In this document: positions 39,172 to 48,520 of the stretch, piece by piece
Numbering within the stretch: the first letter of the stretch is position 1
How the letters are laid out: every line of letters begins with the position of its first letter
Source: Gemmatimonadales bacterium
GTDB taxonomy: Bacteria; Gemmatimonadota; Gemmatimonadetes; Gemmatimonadales; GWC2-71-9
Length of the DNA: 64,000 bases
Reading direction: 5' to 3'
Assembly (NCBI GenBank): GCA_041613315.1
Contig: JBFJHJ010000008.1
Span: 20,544-84,543, forward strand
Program-made: the position numbers and the translations under genes
Notes under the pieces: model-generated
Seen by the model: only the letters and a program-made list of their open reading frames with translations
Database searches by the model: none
Told to the model about the DNA's origin: nothing

Positions 39172-40100
39172 CACCCGCCGTCGCCGTCTCCGACCTCACC
39201 CGCCACTTCGGCGCGATCCGCGCGGTCGAGCGGCTCACGTTTGACGTCGCCCCCGGTGAGCTGTTCGGGATCGTCGGCCCGGACGGCGCCGGCAAGACGA
39301 CGCTTCTCAGGATGCTTGCCGGCGTATTGCGCCCGTCCGCGGGCGACGCGGCCGTGCGGGGCGTGAGCGTTGCCCGGGATCCCGAGGGCGTGAAGCGCCA
39401 CATCGCATACATGGCGCAGCGCTTCGGGCTGTACGCGGACCTCACGGTGCGCGAGAACATCGAGTTCTATGCCGACCTCTATGGCGTTTCACACGCCGAC
39501 CGGCCCGGCCGGCGGCAGGAGCTATACGCCTTCTCAGGCCTGGGCCCGTTCGAAGACCGGCTGGCCGGGCGCCTCTCCGGCGGCATGAAGCAGAAGCTGT
39601 CGCTCTGCTGCGCGCTGATCCACCAACCGGACATCCTGATTCTGGATGAGCCGACGTTCGGCGTGGATCCGATCTCGCGACGGGAGCTCTGGCTGATCCT
39701 CCACGAGCGGGTCGCGGGCGGCATGACGGTCGTCGTGGCGACGGCGTATCTCGACGAGGCAGAGCGCTGCGATCGGGTGGCGCTCCTCCACCAGGGCACG
39801 CTCCTCGCGCTGGACCGCCCGCAGGAGTTGCAGAACCGGTTGCGGGAGCGGATTCACACCGTACGAGCCGACCGGCCCCGGGCCGCGCGCGACCTCCTGC
39901 GCCAGCAGCCTCACCAGTGGCACGCGGCACTCTTCGGCGACCACATCCATCTCACGCTCGAGGACGCGGCGCGCGATTGGCCTCGAGCCAAAGCGGTGCT
40001 CGACGCCGGCGGCATCACGATTCTCGAAGAGGGCGTTGCCGAGCCCTCGCTCGAGGACGTGTTCATCGGGCTGGTCCGGGAGGCCTCGACCAGTGGCTGA
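39168..40100 (+). CDS. ABC transporter ATP-binding protein (YbhF N-half-like)
   Basis: GPDGAGKTT, LSGGMKQKL, LDEPTFGVDP. Confidence 0.92.
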   Translation: MTPAVAVSDLTRHFGAIRAVERLTFDVAPGELFGIVGPDGAGKTTLLRMLAGVLRPSAGDAAVRGVSVARDPEGVKRHIAYMAQRFGLYADLTVRENIEFYADLYGVSHADRPGRRQELYAFSGLGPFEDRLAGRLSGGMKQKLSLCCALIHQPDILILDEPTFGVDPISRRELWLILHERVAGGMTVVVATAYLDEAERCDRVALLHQGTLLALDRPQELQNRLRERIHTVRADRPRAARDLLRQQPHQWHAALFGDHIHLTLEDAARDWPRAKAVLDAGGITILEEGVAEPSLEDVFIGLVREASTSG

Positions 40101-41031
40101 GGCGATCGCGGTGCGGGAGCTGACTCGCGCCTTCGGTGACTTCGTCGCCGTGGACCACGTGAGCTTCGCGGTGCCGAGCGGCGAGATCTTCGGTTTCCTG
40201 GGTCCCAACGGCGCGGGCAAGACCACGACCATCAAGATGCTGACCGGCCTCCTCCGCCCTACGGCCGGCACCGCGCTCGTGGCCGGCATTGATGTCGCGG
40301 CGCACCCGACGCGCGTCAAACACCAAATCGGCTACATGTCGCAACTCTTCTCCCTCTACGCGGACCTCACGGTCGGCGAGAACATCCAGCTGTTTGCCGG
40401 TTTGTACGGCGTCACGGGGGAACGGGCGCGCGACCGCACGGCCTGGGTGCTGGAGATGGCCGGCCTCACCGGCGAGGCGCGGCGGCTCACCGGCGAGCTG
40501 CCGCTCGGCTTCAAGCAGCGCCTCGCGCTGGGCTGTGCCGTGCTGCATCAGCCCTCGGTGCTGTGCCTGGACGAGCCGACGTCCGGTGTCGACCCGCTCT
40601 CGCGGCGCGCGTTCTGGGACCTCATCTACGAGTTGGCCGGGGGCGGGACCACCGTGCTCGTGAGCACGCATTACATGGAAGAGGCGGAGTACTGCCACCG
40701 CCTCGCCCTCATGAACCGCGGTCGCCTCATCGCCCTCGACCGGCCGGCCGCGCTGAAGCGCGCGCTGCACCAACCCATCCTCGAGATCCGCACCGCGGAC
40801 GCGCCGCGCACGGTCGAGGCGTTACACGGCGTCCCCGGTGTCAGGGACGCCGCGCTGTTCGGCCGCGCCGTCCACGCGGTGGTCGCGGACGAGGCGGCCG
40901 CCCTGCGCGACCTGCCCCCGCTCCTGGCGGCGACGGGGCTCCCCGCCGAACGGATCCAGTTGGTCGAGCCGTCGCTCGAGGACGTGTTCGTGGCACTGAT
41001 CCAGCGTGCCGGAGGAGCGGTCGCCGGATGA
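40093..41031 (+). CDS. ABC transporter ATP-binding protein (YbhF C-half-like)
   Basis: GPNGAGKTT, LPLGFKQRLAL, LDEPTSGVDP, STHYMEEAEYC. Confidence 0.92.
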   Translation: MAEAIAVRELTRAFGDFVAVDHVSFAVPSGEIFGFLGPNGAGKTTTIKMLTGLLRPTAGTALVAGIDVAAHPTRVKHQIGYMSQLFSLYADLTVGENIQLFAGLYGVTGERARDRTAWVLEMAGLTGEARRLTGELPLGFKQRLALGCAVLHQPSVLCLDEPTSGVDPLSRRAFWDLIYELAGGGTTVLVSTHYMEEAEYCHRLALMNRGRLIALDRPAALKRALHQPILEIRTADAPRTVEALHGVPGVRDAALFGRAVHAVVADEAAALRDLPPLLAATGLPAERIQLVEPSLEDVFVALIQRAGGAVAG

Positions 41032-42143
41032 CGGCGCACCGCCTCTGGGCCATGGCCCGCAAGGAGGCGATCCAGCTCCGACGCGACCCCCGGAGCCTGG
41101 CGCTCGCGTTTCTGCTCCCGCTCGCGCTCGTGCTCTTCTTTGGATACGCCATCTCGTTCGACGTGCGCAACATCAAGCTCGCCGTGCTGGACGAGAGTCG
41201 GACACCGGAGAGCCGCCAGCTCGTGGACGCGTTCGAGCGATCCGGCTACTTCGTCGTGGCCGAACGCCTCGCGCGCCGGAGCGAGGTCGACGGAGCCCTG
41301 GGGGCGGGCCGCGTGCGGCTCGCCCTCGTGATCCCACCTTCCTTTCGCCGCGACCTCGCGGCCGGCCGGCCGGCGTCGGTCCAGCTGCTCCTCGACGGCG
41401 GGGACGCCAATACCGCCACCATCGCGCAGAACTATGCCGAGGCGATCGTCGCGGGCTACGCCACCGATGTCGTACTCCAGGGCCGCCGCGTGCGGCTCCC
41501 CGTCGTCGGCGAGTCGCGCGTGTGGTACAACGAAACGCTTGAGAGCCGCAACATGATCGTGCCGGGCCTCGTGGCCGTCATCATGTCCATCATCGCGGCG
41601 ATGCTCACGGCCCTCACGATCGCGCGAGAATGGGAGCGGGGCACCATGGAGCAGCTCGCCGCCACGCCCGTCCGTCGCGTCGAGGTGGTCCTGGGAAAGC
41701 TCCTGCCGTATGTGGCGATCGGCCTGTTCGATGTGGCGGTGGCGGTGCTCGTCGGTGTGCTGGTGTTCCAAGTCCCCCTGCGCGGGAGCATCCTGCTGTT
41801 GGCCGGGCTCACCCTGCTGTTCCTGACCGGCGCCCTCGGTCTCGGGATGTTCATTTCGGCTGCCGTGAAATCCCAGGTCCTGGCGACGCAGTTCGCCATC
41901 ATGACGACCTACCTCCCCGCCCTGCTCCTCTCGGGATTCATCTTCTCGATCGCCGCCATGCCGCTCGCCCTGCGCGTCGTGACGTACGCGGTCCCGGCCC
42001 GTTACTACGTCACGGTCACCAAAGGGATCTTCCTCAAGGGCGTGGGGGCGGGTGTGCTCTGGGGTGACGCCCTCGCCATGGTGATCTTCGCGGCCACCGG
42101 CCTCGGCCTCGCCATGGCGGCGTTCCGCAAGGAGGTCGGGTGA
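41028..42143 (+). CDS. ABC-2 permease (YbhS-like)
   Basis: KEAIQLRRDP, IAREWERGTMEQL; multiple TM helices. Confidence 0.92.
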   Translation: MTAHRLWAMARKEAIQLRRDPRSLALAFLLPLALVLFFGYAISFDVRNIKLAVLDESRTPESRQLVDAFERSGYFVVAERLARRSEVDGALGAGRVRLALVIPPSFRRDLAAGRPASVQLLLDGGDANTATIAQNYAEAIVAGYATDVVLQGRRVRLPVVGESRVWYNETLESRNMIVPGLVAVIMSIIAAMLTALTIAREWERGTMEQLAATPVRRVEVVLGKLLPYVAIGLFDVAVAVLVGVLVFQVPLRGSILLLAGLTLLFLTGALGLGMFISAAVKSQVLATQFAIMTTYLPALLLSGFIFSIAAMPLALRVVTYAVPARYYVTVTKGIFLKGVGAGVLWGDALAMVIFAATGLGLAMAAFRKEVG

Positions 42144-43255
42144 CGGGCGGCGCGCTCCTGCGGATCCGTGAGATGGTGACCAAAGAGCTGCGCCAGCTCT
42201 TCCGGGATCCCCGCACCCGGGTCGTCATCTTCGTCGCCCCCATGATCCAACTGGTCATGTTCGGCTACGCGGTGAACACCGACATCCGGCACACCGCGAC
42301 GTGGGTCGTGGACTTGGACGCGACGCCCGAGTCGCGGCGGCTCGTCGACAGCTTCAGCGCCACCGGGTACTTCGAGATCACGGGACGGTCGACGCGTCCC
42401 CGCGACCTCGTCGAGGCGCTGGACAAGGGGGACGCCGTCGTGGGGATCGAGATCCCCGCCGGGTTCCGCCGGCGGCTCGCCAACGGCACGGCGACGGTGC
42501 AGATCCTGCTGGACGGCACCCACTCCAACACCGCGACCGTGGCGCAAGGGTACGCTCAGCGAATCGTGCAGCGCTTCGCCCTAGAGCGCGTATCGGGGCC
42601 TCCCCCCGGCGGCATCGACGTGCAGAGCCGCGCGTGGTACAACCCCAATCTGGAGAGTCGGGTCTACAACGTGCCGGGGGTGATCGGGGTGCTGATTCTC
42701 CTGATGAGCCTCCTCCTCACGGCGCTCGCCGTCGTCCGCGAGCGGGAGCTCGGCACCCTCGACCAGCTGATGGTGAGCCCGTTGCGACCCGAGGAGCTGA
42801 TGCTCGGCAAGACGCTCCCGGTCGCCCTGATCGGCCTGGTGGACCTGGTCCTCATCACGGGCATTGCCATCCTCTGGTTCGGCATCCCGATGCGCGGCTC
42901 GGCCCTGGCCCTGCTCGCCGCGGCCCTGCTGTTCATCTTGGCGGGTCTCTCGATCGGCCTCCTCATCTCGACGATCTCGCGGACGCAGCAGGAGGCCTTC
43001 ATGTCCATGTTCCTGTTCCTGCTCCCGGCCATCATCCTCTCGGGGTTCTTCTATCCCATCGAGAGCATGCCGCTGGGATTCCAGTGGCTCACGCTGCTGA
43101 ACCCGGTCCGCCACTTCCTCGAGATCGTCCGGGCGATCTTCCTGAAGGGGGAGGGTCCGCTCGGCCTGTGGCCCCAGTACCTGGCCCTCGGCGTCACGGC
43201 CCTGTCGGTGCTCCGCCTCGCCGTCCTCCGGTTCCCCAAGACGATCGGCATGTAG
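42140..43255 (+). CDS. ABC-2 permease (YbhR-like)
   Basis: KELRQLFRDP, VVRERELGTLDQLMVSP, LSGFFYPIESMP. Confidence 0.92.
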   Translation: MTGGALLRIREMVTKELRQLFRDPRTRVVIFVAPMIQLVMFGYAVNTDIRHTATWVVDLDATPESRRLVDSFSATGYFEITGRSTRPRDLVEALDKGDAVVGIEIPAGFRRRLANGTATVQILLDGTHSNTATVAQGYAQRIVQRFALERVSGPPPGGIDVQSRAWYNPNLESRVYNVPGVIGVLILLMSLLLTALAVVRERELGTLDQLMVSPLRPEELMLGKTLPVALIGLVDLVLITGIAILWFGIPMRGSALALLAAALLFILAGLSIGLLISTISRTQQEAFMSMFLFLLPAIILSGFFYPIESMPLGFQWLTLLNPVRHFLEIVRAIFLKGEGPLGLWPQYLALGVTALSVLRLAVLRFPKTIGM

Positions 43256-43299
43256 CGGCCCTCCTGCCCCTCCTCCCCGTTGTTGCTATCTTGCGATTC

Positions 43300-44052
43300 A
43301 TGCATCCTGACGCCGCTCCGCCGGAGGGCCCCCTCTACACCCTCCGCGACATCGCCCGCGAGCTCGGGCTGCCGGAGTCCACGGTGCGCTACTACCGCGA
43401 CGCCTTCGCCGGCCACCTGCCGGCCGTCGGCAGCGGACGCCGCCGCCGCTACCCGCCCGAGGCCGTGGACGTGCTCCGCACGGTGGCCGAAGGGTTTGCT
43501 GAAGGTCGCCGCCGCGAACAGATCGAGTATGCGCTGGGAGGCCCGGCCACGGCCGTGCAGGACGACGCCGTCGAGGAGACGGCCGTACGCCTCGTGGCGT
43601 CGCGACTCCCGGCGCCGGCATACGAGGATCTCCTCGCCACGATCCTGGACGGTGAGCGCGAGCGCCGCGAGGCGATGTGGCAGATGGCGCGCGAGATCGT
43701 GCGGCTGGGTGAGGCGATCGAGCGCCAGCACGGGCTCCTGAGCGACGTCGCCGGACAGCTCGTTCGGCAATCTCGCCCCGCCCTGCCCGCGCCGGAGGGC
43801 GAGGACGAGGCCGACGGGGAGACAGTCGGCGGCATCGATCCCAAAGCGCTCGAGCGGGAGCTGGACGCCCTCCGTGCCCAGCTCGAGCAGGAGCGAGAGC
43901 TGGTCGAGCGGCTGCGGCGCTCGCGGCTCGCGTTCGAGCGCCGCGCCACGGAGGCGGAGGAGCGCCTGGAGGAATCGGAGACGCGTCGCCGCGGCGGGAT
44001 CCTCGGACGGCTCAGATCCCAGGAACCGCCGGGACCGGCGGCCGGGACGTAG
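43300..44052 (+). CDS. MerR-type HTH + coiled-coil protein
   Basis: YTLRDIARELGLPESTVRYY...GRRRRY; C-terminal heptads; extended -10 TGcTATCTT 7 nt before the ATG. Confidence 0.82.
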   Translation: MHPDAAPPEGPLYTLRDIARELGLPESTVRYYRDAFAGHLPAVGSGRRRRYPPEAVDVLRTVAEGFAEGRRREQIEYALGGPATAVQDDAVEETAVRLVASRLPAPAYEDLLATILDGERERREAMWQMAREIVRLGEAIERQHGLLSDVAGQLVRQSRPALPAPEGEDEADGETVGGIDPKALERELDALRAQLEQERELVERLRRSRLAFERRATEAEERLEESETRRRGGILGRLRSQEPPGPAAGT

Positions 44053-44059
44053 CCACCCC

Positions 44060-44716
44060 GTGCGGCGCCGCCGGGATCCTCGCGTCCTGCGCATGGTGCG
44101 CCGCCACCTCGCCGCCCGGGGGATCACCGACCGGCGGGTCCTCGCCGCCTTGGCGTCGGTGCCGCGGGAGCGGTTCGTGCCGCCGGCGCTCGCCCTCCAG
44201 GCGTATGACGACGCGCCGCTGCCCATCGGTCACGACCAGACCATCTCGCAACCGTACATCGTGGCACTCATGACCCAAGAGGCGCGGCTTGGCCGGCGCT
44301 CGACCGTCTTGGAGGTCGGCACCGGTTCCGGGTACCACACGGCCGTGCTCGCCCGGATTGCCCGCCACGTGTGGAGCATCGAGCGCGTGGCGACGCTCTC
44401 CGAAGAGGCGCGGGGTCGCCTGCAGGCGCTGGAGATCACCAACGTCACACTCATCGTGGGCGACGGCGGGGGCGGGTATCCCGCCGCGGCGCCGTACGAC
44501 GCGATCGTGGTCGCGGCCGCCGCCCCGCGCCCGCCCGTGCCGCTCACGGCACAGCTCGCGATCGGGGGACGGCTGGTCGTTCCCATCGGCGATCGCGCGC
44601 TGCAGGACCTCACCGTCGTCCAGCGCACCGCCGCCGGCTTCCGCCAACACACCGCGGGCCCGTGCCGGTTCGTGCCGCTCGTCTCGCCCGAGGGGTTCGG
44701 GCCCGGCGAGGAGTGA
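44060..44716 (+). CDS. pcm: Protein-L-isoaspartate O-methyltransferase
   Basis: VPRERFV, QTISQPYIV, VLEVGTGSGY, APYDAIVV; start GTG 44060 or ATG 44093. Confidence 0.93.
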   Translation: MRRRRDPRVLRMVRRHLAARGITDRRVLAALASVPRERFVPPALALQAYDDAPLPIGHDQTISQPYIVALMTQEARLGRRSTVLEVGTGSGYHTAVLARIARHVWSIERVATLSEEARGRLQALEITNVTLIVGDGGGGYPAAAPYDAIVVAAAAPRPPVPLTAQLAIGGRLVVPIGDRALQDLTVVQRTAAGFRQHTAGPCRFVPLVSPEGFGPGEE

Positions 44717-45606
44717 CCGCTCGGCCCCTGTTGGGCGCCCACGTGTCGACGCAGGGCGGCGTGTCGACCGCTCCAGCCCGTGGCACGGCGATCGGCGCGA
44801 CCGCCATCCAAATCTTCACCAAGACCCCGAGCCAGTGGCGCGAGCCCGTCCTGCCCGCAGCGGAAATCGCCGCCTTCCAGTGCGCCCGCCGGCGGGCGCG
44901 CATGCGCGCGGTGGTGGCACACGACTCGTATCTCATCAACCTCGCGTCGCCCGATCCCCGACTCCGCCGTCGCTCCCTCACGTGCTTCGTGGGCGAGCTC
45001 ACACGGTGCCGCGACCTCGGCATCCCCTATCTGGTGACGCATCCCGGTAACTGCATGGACGACCGCGCCGCGGGGCTGCGACGCAACGCCGACGCGTACG
45101 CCGAGTGTCTCGCATGCGTCGACGGTCCCACCATCCTGATCGAGACGACGGCCGGATCCGGCACCGCGCTGGGAGCCCGGTTCGAGGAACTCGCCGCGCT
45201 GCGGGCGGGTATTCCCGGAGGCCTGCGGGCGCGCGTCGGCTTCTGCGCCGACACCTGCCATCTCTTCGCAGCCGGCTACGATCTCCGGGCGGCGTGGGAC
45301 GACGTGTGGCGGGAGTGGGACCGCGTGATCGGCCTGGAGTATCTGAGGTGCATGCACCTCAATGACTCGAAGACGCCATTCGGATCCCGGCGCGACCGCC
45401 ACGAGCTGATCGGCGAGGGGACGCTTGGTCCGGGGCCGTTTCGGCGTCTGATGCGGGACCGCCGGTTCCGGGGTATCATCAAGGTGATCGAGACCCCCAA
45501 AGGCGACGATCCCGTCCGTCAGGACCGGCGCATGCTTCGACGGTTGCGTGCCTACGGGCGAGGGAAGCGGGTCGGGAAGAAGCGGCGGCCGCGCGGGCAG
45601 CAATAG
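44713..45606 (+). CDS. nfo: Endonuclease IV
   Basis: LGAHVS..GG, QIFTK, HDSYLINLAS, HPG, ETTAG, DTCHLFAAGY, HLNDSK, DRHELIG. Confidence 0.95.
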   Translation: MTARPLLGAHVSTQGGVSTAPARGTAIGATAIQIFTKTPSQWREPVLPAAEIAAFQCARRRARMRAVVAHDSYLINLASPDPRLRRRSLTCFVGELTRCRDLGIPYLVTHPGNCMDDRAAGLRRNADAYAECLACVDGPTILIETTAGSGTALGARFEELAALRAGIPGGLRARVGFCADTCHLFAAGYDLRAAWDDVWREWDRVIGLEYLRCMHLNDSKTPFGSRRDRHELIGEGTLGPGPFRRLMRDRRFRGIIKVIETPKGDDPVRQDRRMLRRLRAYGRGKRVGKKRRPRGQQ

Positions 45607-45622
45607 GAGAAAGGTGAGCTCC

Positions 45623-46798
45623 ATGGATGGCATGCAACGACGCGGACGGGTGCTGGCGCTGGTGTGGACGGCGCTCGCGCTCCTCGCCGCCGCGGCCTCG
45701 CCGCTCGGGGCGCAGGGGCGCCAAGCGCCCACTCGGCTGATCCTGCTCATCGGTGACGGCGTCGGGGTCAGCTATTGGACCGCTGCACTGTTCGCCGCCG
45801 ACAAGCTCGCCGTGCAGGAGTTCCCCGTCGTGGGCCTCGTGGACACGCGCGCGTCCAACAGCAAGGTGACCGACAGCGCCGCCGCCGCCACGGCATACGC
45901 GTCCGGCGTCCGCACGTTCAACGGCGCGATCGGCCTGGCGTCGGACTCCACGCCGGTCGAGACCGTGTTGGAAGTGGCGACGGCCCGCGGCATGGCGACC
46001 GGGTTGGTAGCGACCTCCCGCATCACGCATGCGACACCCGCCGCGTTCGCCGCCCACGTACCGGACCGGAACATGGAATGGGAGATCGCGCGACAGATGG
46101 CCGATCACCGGGTCACGGTGCTCCTGGGTGGCGGGCGCGCGCTCTTCTCCAGCGCGTACCGGCCCGACTCCACCGACCTCCTGGGCCCGATCCGCCGGCG
46201 CGCCACGTATATCGAGACGCCCGAGGAGCTCCGGGCCCTCAACCTGGCCCGCGTGAAATCCCTGTTCGGGCTCTTCACCCTGAGTCACATGCCCGCCGCG
46301 ATCACGCGGCAGCCGGTGGCCGCGGATTCGGCTGCCGACTCCGCGTGGGTCCCAACGCGCACGCCCACGCTGCCCGAAATGACGCGCACCGCCCTCGGCG
46401 TGCTCGACCGCGACCCGCAGGGATTCTTCCTGATGGTGGAGGGTTCTCAGCCCGACTGGCGCGGCCATGCCAACGAGCCTCTGGAGACCATCGTCGCGGA
46501 GATGCTCGACTTCGATGGTGCCCTTCGCGAGGCCCTCGACTATCAGGCGCGCCGGCCCGAAACACTCATCGTGGTGGTGGCCGATCACGAGACCGGCGGG
46601 CTGGCCGTCCAATTCGACTCGACCGGCACCCTCGTCGCCGCGTACACGACCATTTCACATACGGCCCAACTCATCCCGCTCTTCGCGCGCGGGCCGGGCG
46701 CCGATCGGTTCGCCGGACTCAAGCCCATCGACGAGGTGGGCCGATTGTTGTTGGACGTCGTGCGCGCCGGCACCGGCCCGCGACGCGCCAGCCAGTGA
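45623..46798 (+). CDS. Alkaline phosphatase (PhoA family)
   Basis: Signal peptide; LIGDG, VTDSAAAATA, THATPAAF, FFLMVEG..DWRGH, ADHETGG. Confidence 0.92.
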   Translation: MDGMQRRGRVLALVWTALALLAAAASPLGAQGRQAPTRLILLIGDGVGVSYWTAALFAADKLAVQEFPVVGLVDTRASNSKVTDSAAAATAYASGVRTFNGAIGLASDSTPVETVLEVATARGMATGLVATSRITHATPAAFAAHVPDRNMEWEIARQMADHRVTVLLGGGRALFSSAYRPDSTDLLGPIRRRATYIETPEELRALNLARVKSLFGLFTLSHMPAAITRQPVAADSAADSAWVPTRTPTLPEMTRTALGVLDRDPQGFFLMVEGSQPDWRGHANEPLETIVAEMLDFDGALREALDYQARRPETLIVVVADHETGGLAVQFDSTGTLVAAYTTISHTAQLIPLFARGPGADRFAGLKPIDEVGRLLLDVVRAGTGPRRASQ

Positions 46799-46820
46799 CC
46801 GCGATCGCGAGTCAGAGCGG

Positions 46821-47156
46821 ATGAGCGCCACGGCCGCCATCAAGCGCCGCCGGGCGGCACTCGTCGCCGCCGTGCTGTATCTGGGCTCGGCCGGGGCCGC
46901 GCCGCTGGTGCACGCGGCCGTGGAGGCGTCGCGCGCCACACCGGCCGTGGAGCGCGCGCACAGCGACCTGTGTCCCCGCATCCACTGCGAGGCCGCGTGT
47001 CCCAGTGGGGCGACCCTGCTCCCCCCGCGCGCGCCGGCGCCGACCCATGAGTTCGTCGCCGCCGCAGCGACCGGATGCCGCCCCTCGAAGGGAGTCACCC
47101 CACCCCGCTCGTCCGGAACCCCGCCGCACGCCGTCCGCGCGCCACCTGCCCGGTAA
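46821..47156 (+). CDS. DUF2946/CruR-like leader protein with C-terminal RAPP motif (111 aa)
   Basis: Basic-hydrophobic N-terminus, HSDLCPRIHCEAAC, Pro-rich tail ending VRAPPAR; directly upstream of the metal-uptake genes. Confidence 0.72.
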   Translation: MSATAAIKRRRAALVAAVLYLGSAGAAPLVHAAVEASRATPAVERAHSDLCPRIHCEAACPSGATLLPPRAPAPTHEFVAAAATGCRPSKGVTPPRSSGTPPHAVRAPPAR

Positions 47157-47244
47157 CCCTCACGCCTCATGGTTCGGCGTCGGGCACGTTCCGGGCGCCG
47201 GCGACACCCGTGAAGTCCCCTTGGCTGCGAGGATAGCAGTGAAC

Positions 47245-48510
47245 ATGCGCATCGCATTACTGGTCTTGATCGCGCTCGGCACCGGAGCCGTCGCACCGGC
47301 CGTGGCGGCCGCCCAGGGCCTGGAGCAGCGGACCGATTCGCTCGAGCGCGAAATCCGGCTTCTGCGGGCCCGAATCGACTCGTTGGTACGCGTGCTCGAG
47401 CGCCTCACACGCGAAGACCGCGACACCACCCCGGCGCGCGACGAGTTGGCGGCGCTCCGGGCCGCCGCCAGGGCGGCCGCGGCCCGCCCCGATACGGCCC
47501 AGGCCCCGGAACCGCAGTTCGTCAACCGGGCTGACAACCTGAACCGCCTCAACCCCGAGATCAGCGTCACGGGGGACGTACGCTTCACGGCAACCAGGCC
47601 CGGGCCGCAGCAGGACAATGTGGACCTCCGCGAGTTCGAGTTCTCCTTCCAGTCCGCGCTCGATCCCTTCGCCCGCACCAAGATCTTCCTCGCGTTCGAA
47701 GAAGGGGAGATCGACCTGGAGGAGGCGTACGCGTACTGGACCGGCCTGCCCGGCGGGTTCCGAATCGATGCGGGCCGGCTCCGCCAGCAGGTGGGCGAGC
47801 TCAACCGCTGGCACTTGCACGCGCTTCCGGAATCGGAGTACCCGCTCGTGCTTCGGGAGTACTTCGGCGAGGAAGGGCTCATCGGCAACGGGCTGCGCGT
47901 ATACTGGCTCGCGCCGTTCAGCGGTGTCGGGACAGGTACCCATGAGCTGTGGGGCGAGGTGACCGTTGCGGACAACGACGTGCTGTTCGACGGCGGGAAC
48001 CGCCTCGCGGTTCTCGGTCACGTCAAGAACTTCTGGCAGGTGAGCCGCTCCGTCTTCGTCCAGCTGGGGGGCACGGCAATGTACGGCCGCAACCCCGACG
48101 CCGACCTCCGCACCCGGGTGTTGGGCGGTGACGTTCGGTTGTCGTGGCGCCCCCCGGCTGACGCGTTATACCGGTCGTTCACGCTGCGCGGGGAGGGTTA
48201 CGCGGTGCGGCGACTGGACGCCGGCGTTGGGGACACCCGCTACGGCGGCTACGTGAGCGCCGAGTATCAGCTTTCCCGTCGCCTGTTCCTCGGCGGCCGC
48301 TTGGACTACGTCGAGCCGCTCGGCACGGCGGATCCCGCCACGTGGGCCGTGGTGCCGAGACTCACGTGGTGGCAGAGCGAGTGGGTGTATCTCAAGGCCG
48401 AGTGGCAACGCGCCTCGACGCCCCTGGCCGGCGGCGGGCGCGACACGAGCGATCGGTTTGTCCTTCAGGCGGTCTGGGCCATCGGACCGCACAAACACGA
48501 GACGTACTGA
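47245..48510 (+). CDS. Outer-membrane beta-barrel (porin-like) associated with metal uptake
   Basis: Signal peptide, short coiled coil, LNPEISV, alternating beta strands, His-containing C-terminus IGPHKHETY. Confidence 0.75.
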   Translation: MRIALLVLIALGTGAVAPAVAAAQGLEQRTDSLEREIRLLRARIDSLVRVLERLTREDRDTTPARDELAALRAAARAAAARPDTAQAPEPQFVNRADNLNRLNPEISVTGDVRFTATRPGPQQDNVDLREFEFSFQSALDPFARTKIFLAFEEGEIDLEEAYAYWTGLPGGFRIDAGRLRQQVGELNRWHLHALPESEYPLVLREYFGEEGLIGNGLRVYWLAPFSGVGTGTHELWGEVTVADNDVLFDGGNRLAVLGHVKNFWQVSRSVFVQLGGTAMYGRNPDADLRTRVLGGDVRLSWRPPADALYRSFTLRGEGYAVRRLDAGVGDTRYGGYVSAEYQLSRRLFLGGRLDYVEPLGTADPATWAVVPRLTWWQSEWVYLKAEWQRASTPLAGGGRDTSDRFVLQAVWAIGPHKHETY

Positions 48511-48520
48511 GCACACGATC

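Noticed and set aside
45555..45620. Purine-rich quasi-repeat at the nfo 3' end
   Set aside because: Periodicity too weak to assign to the repeat families
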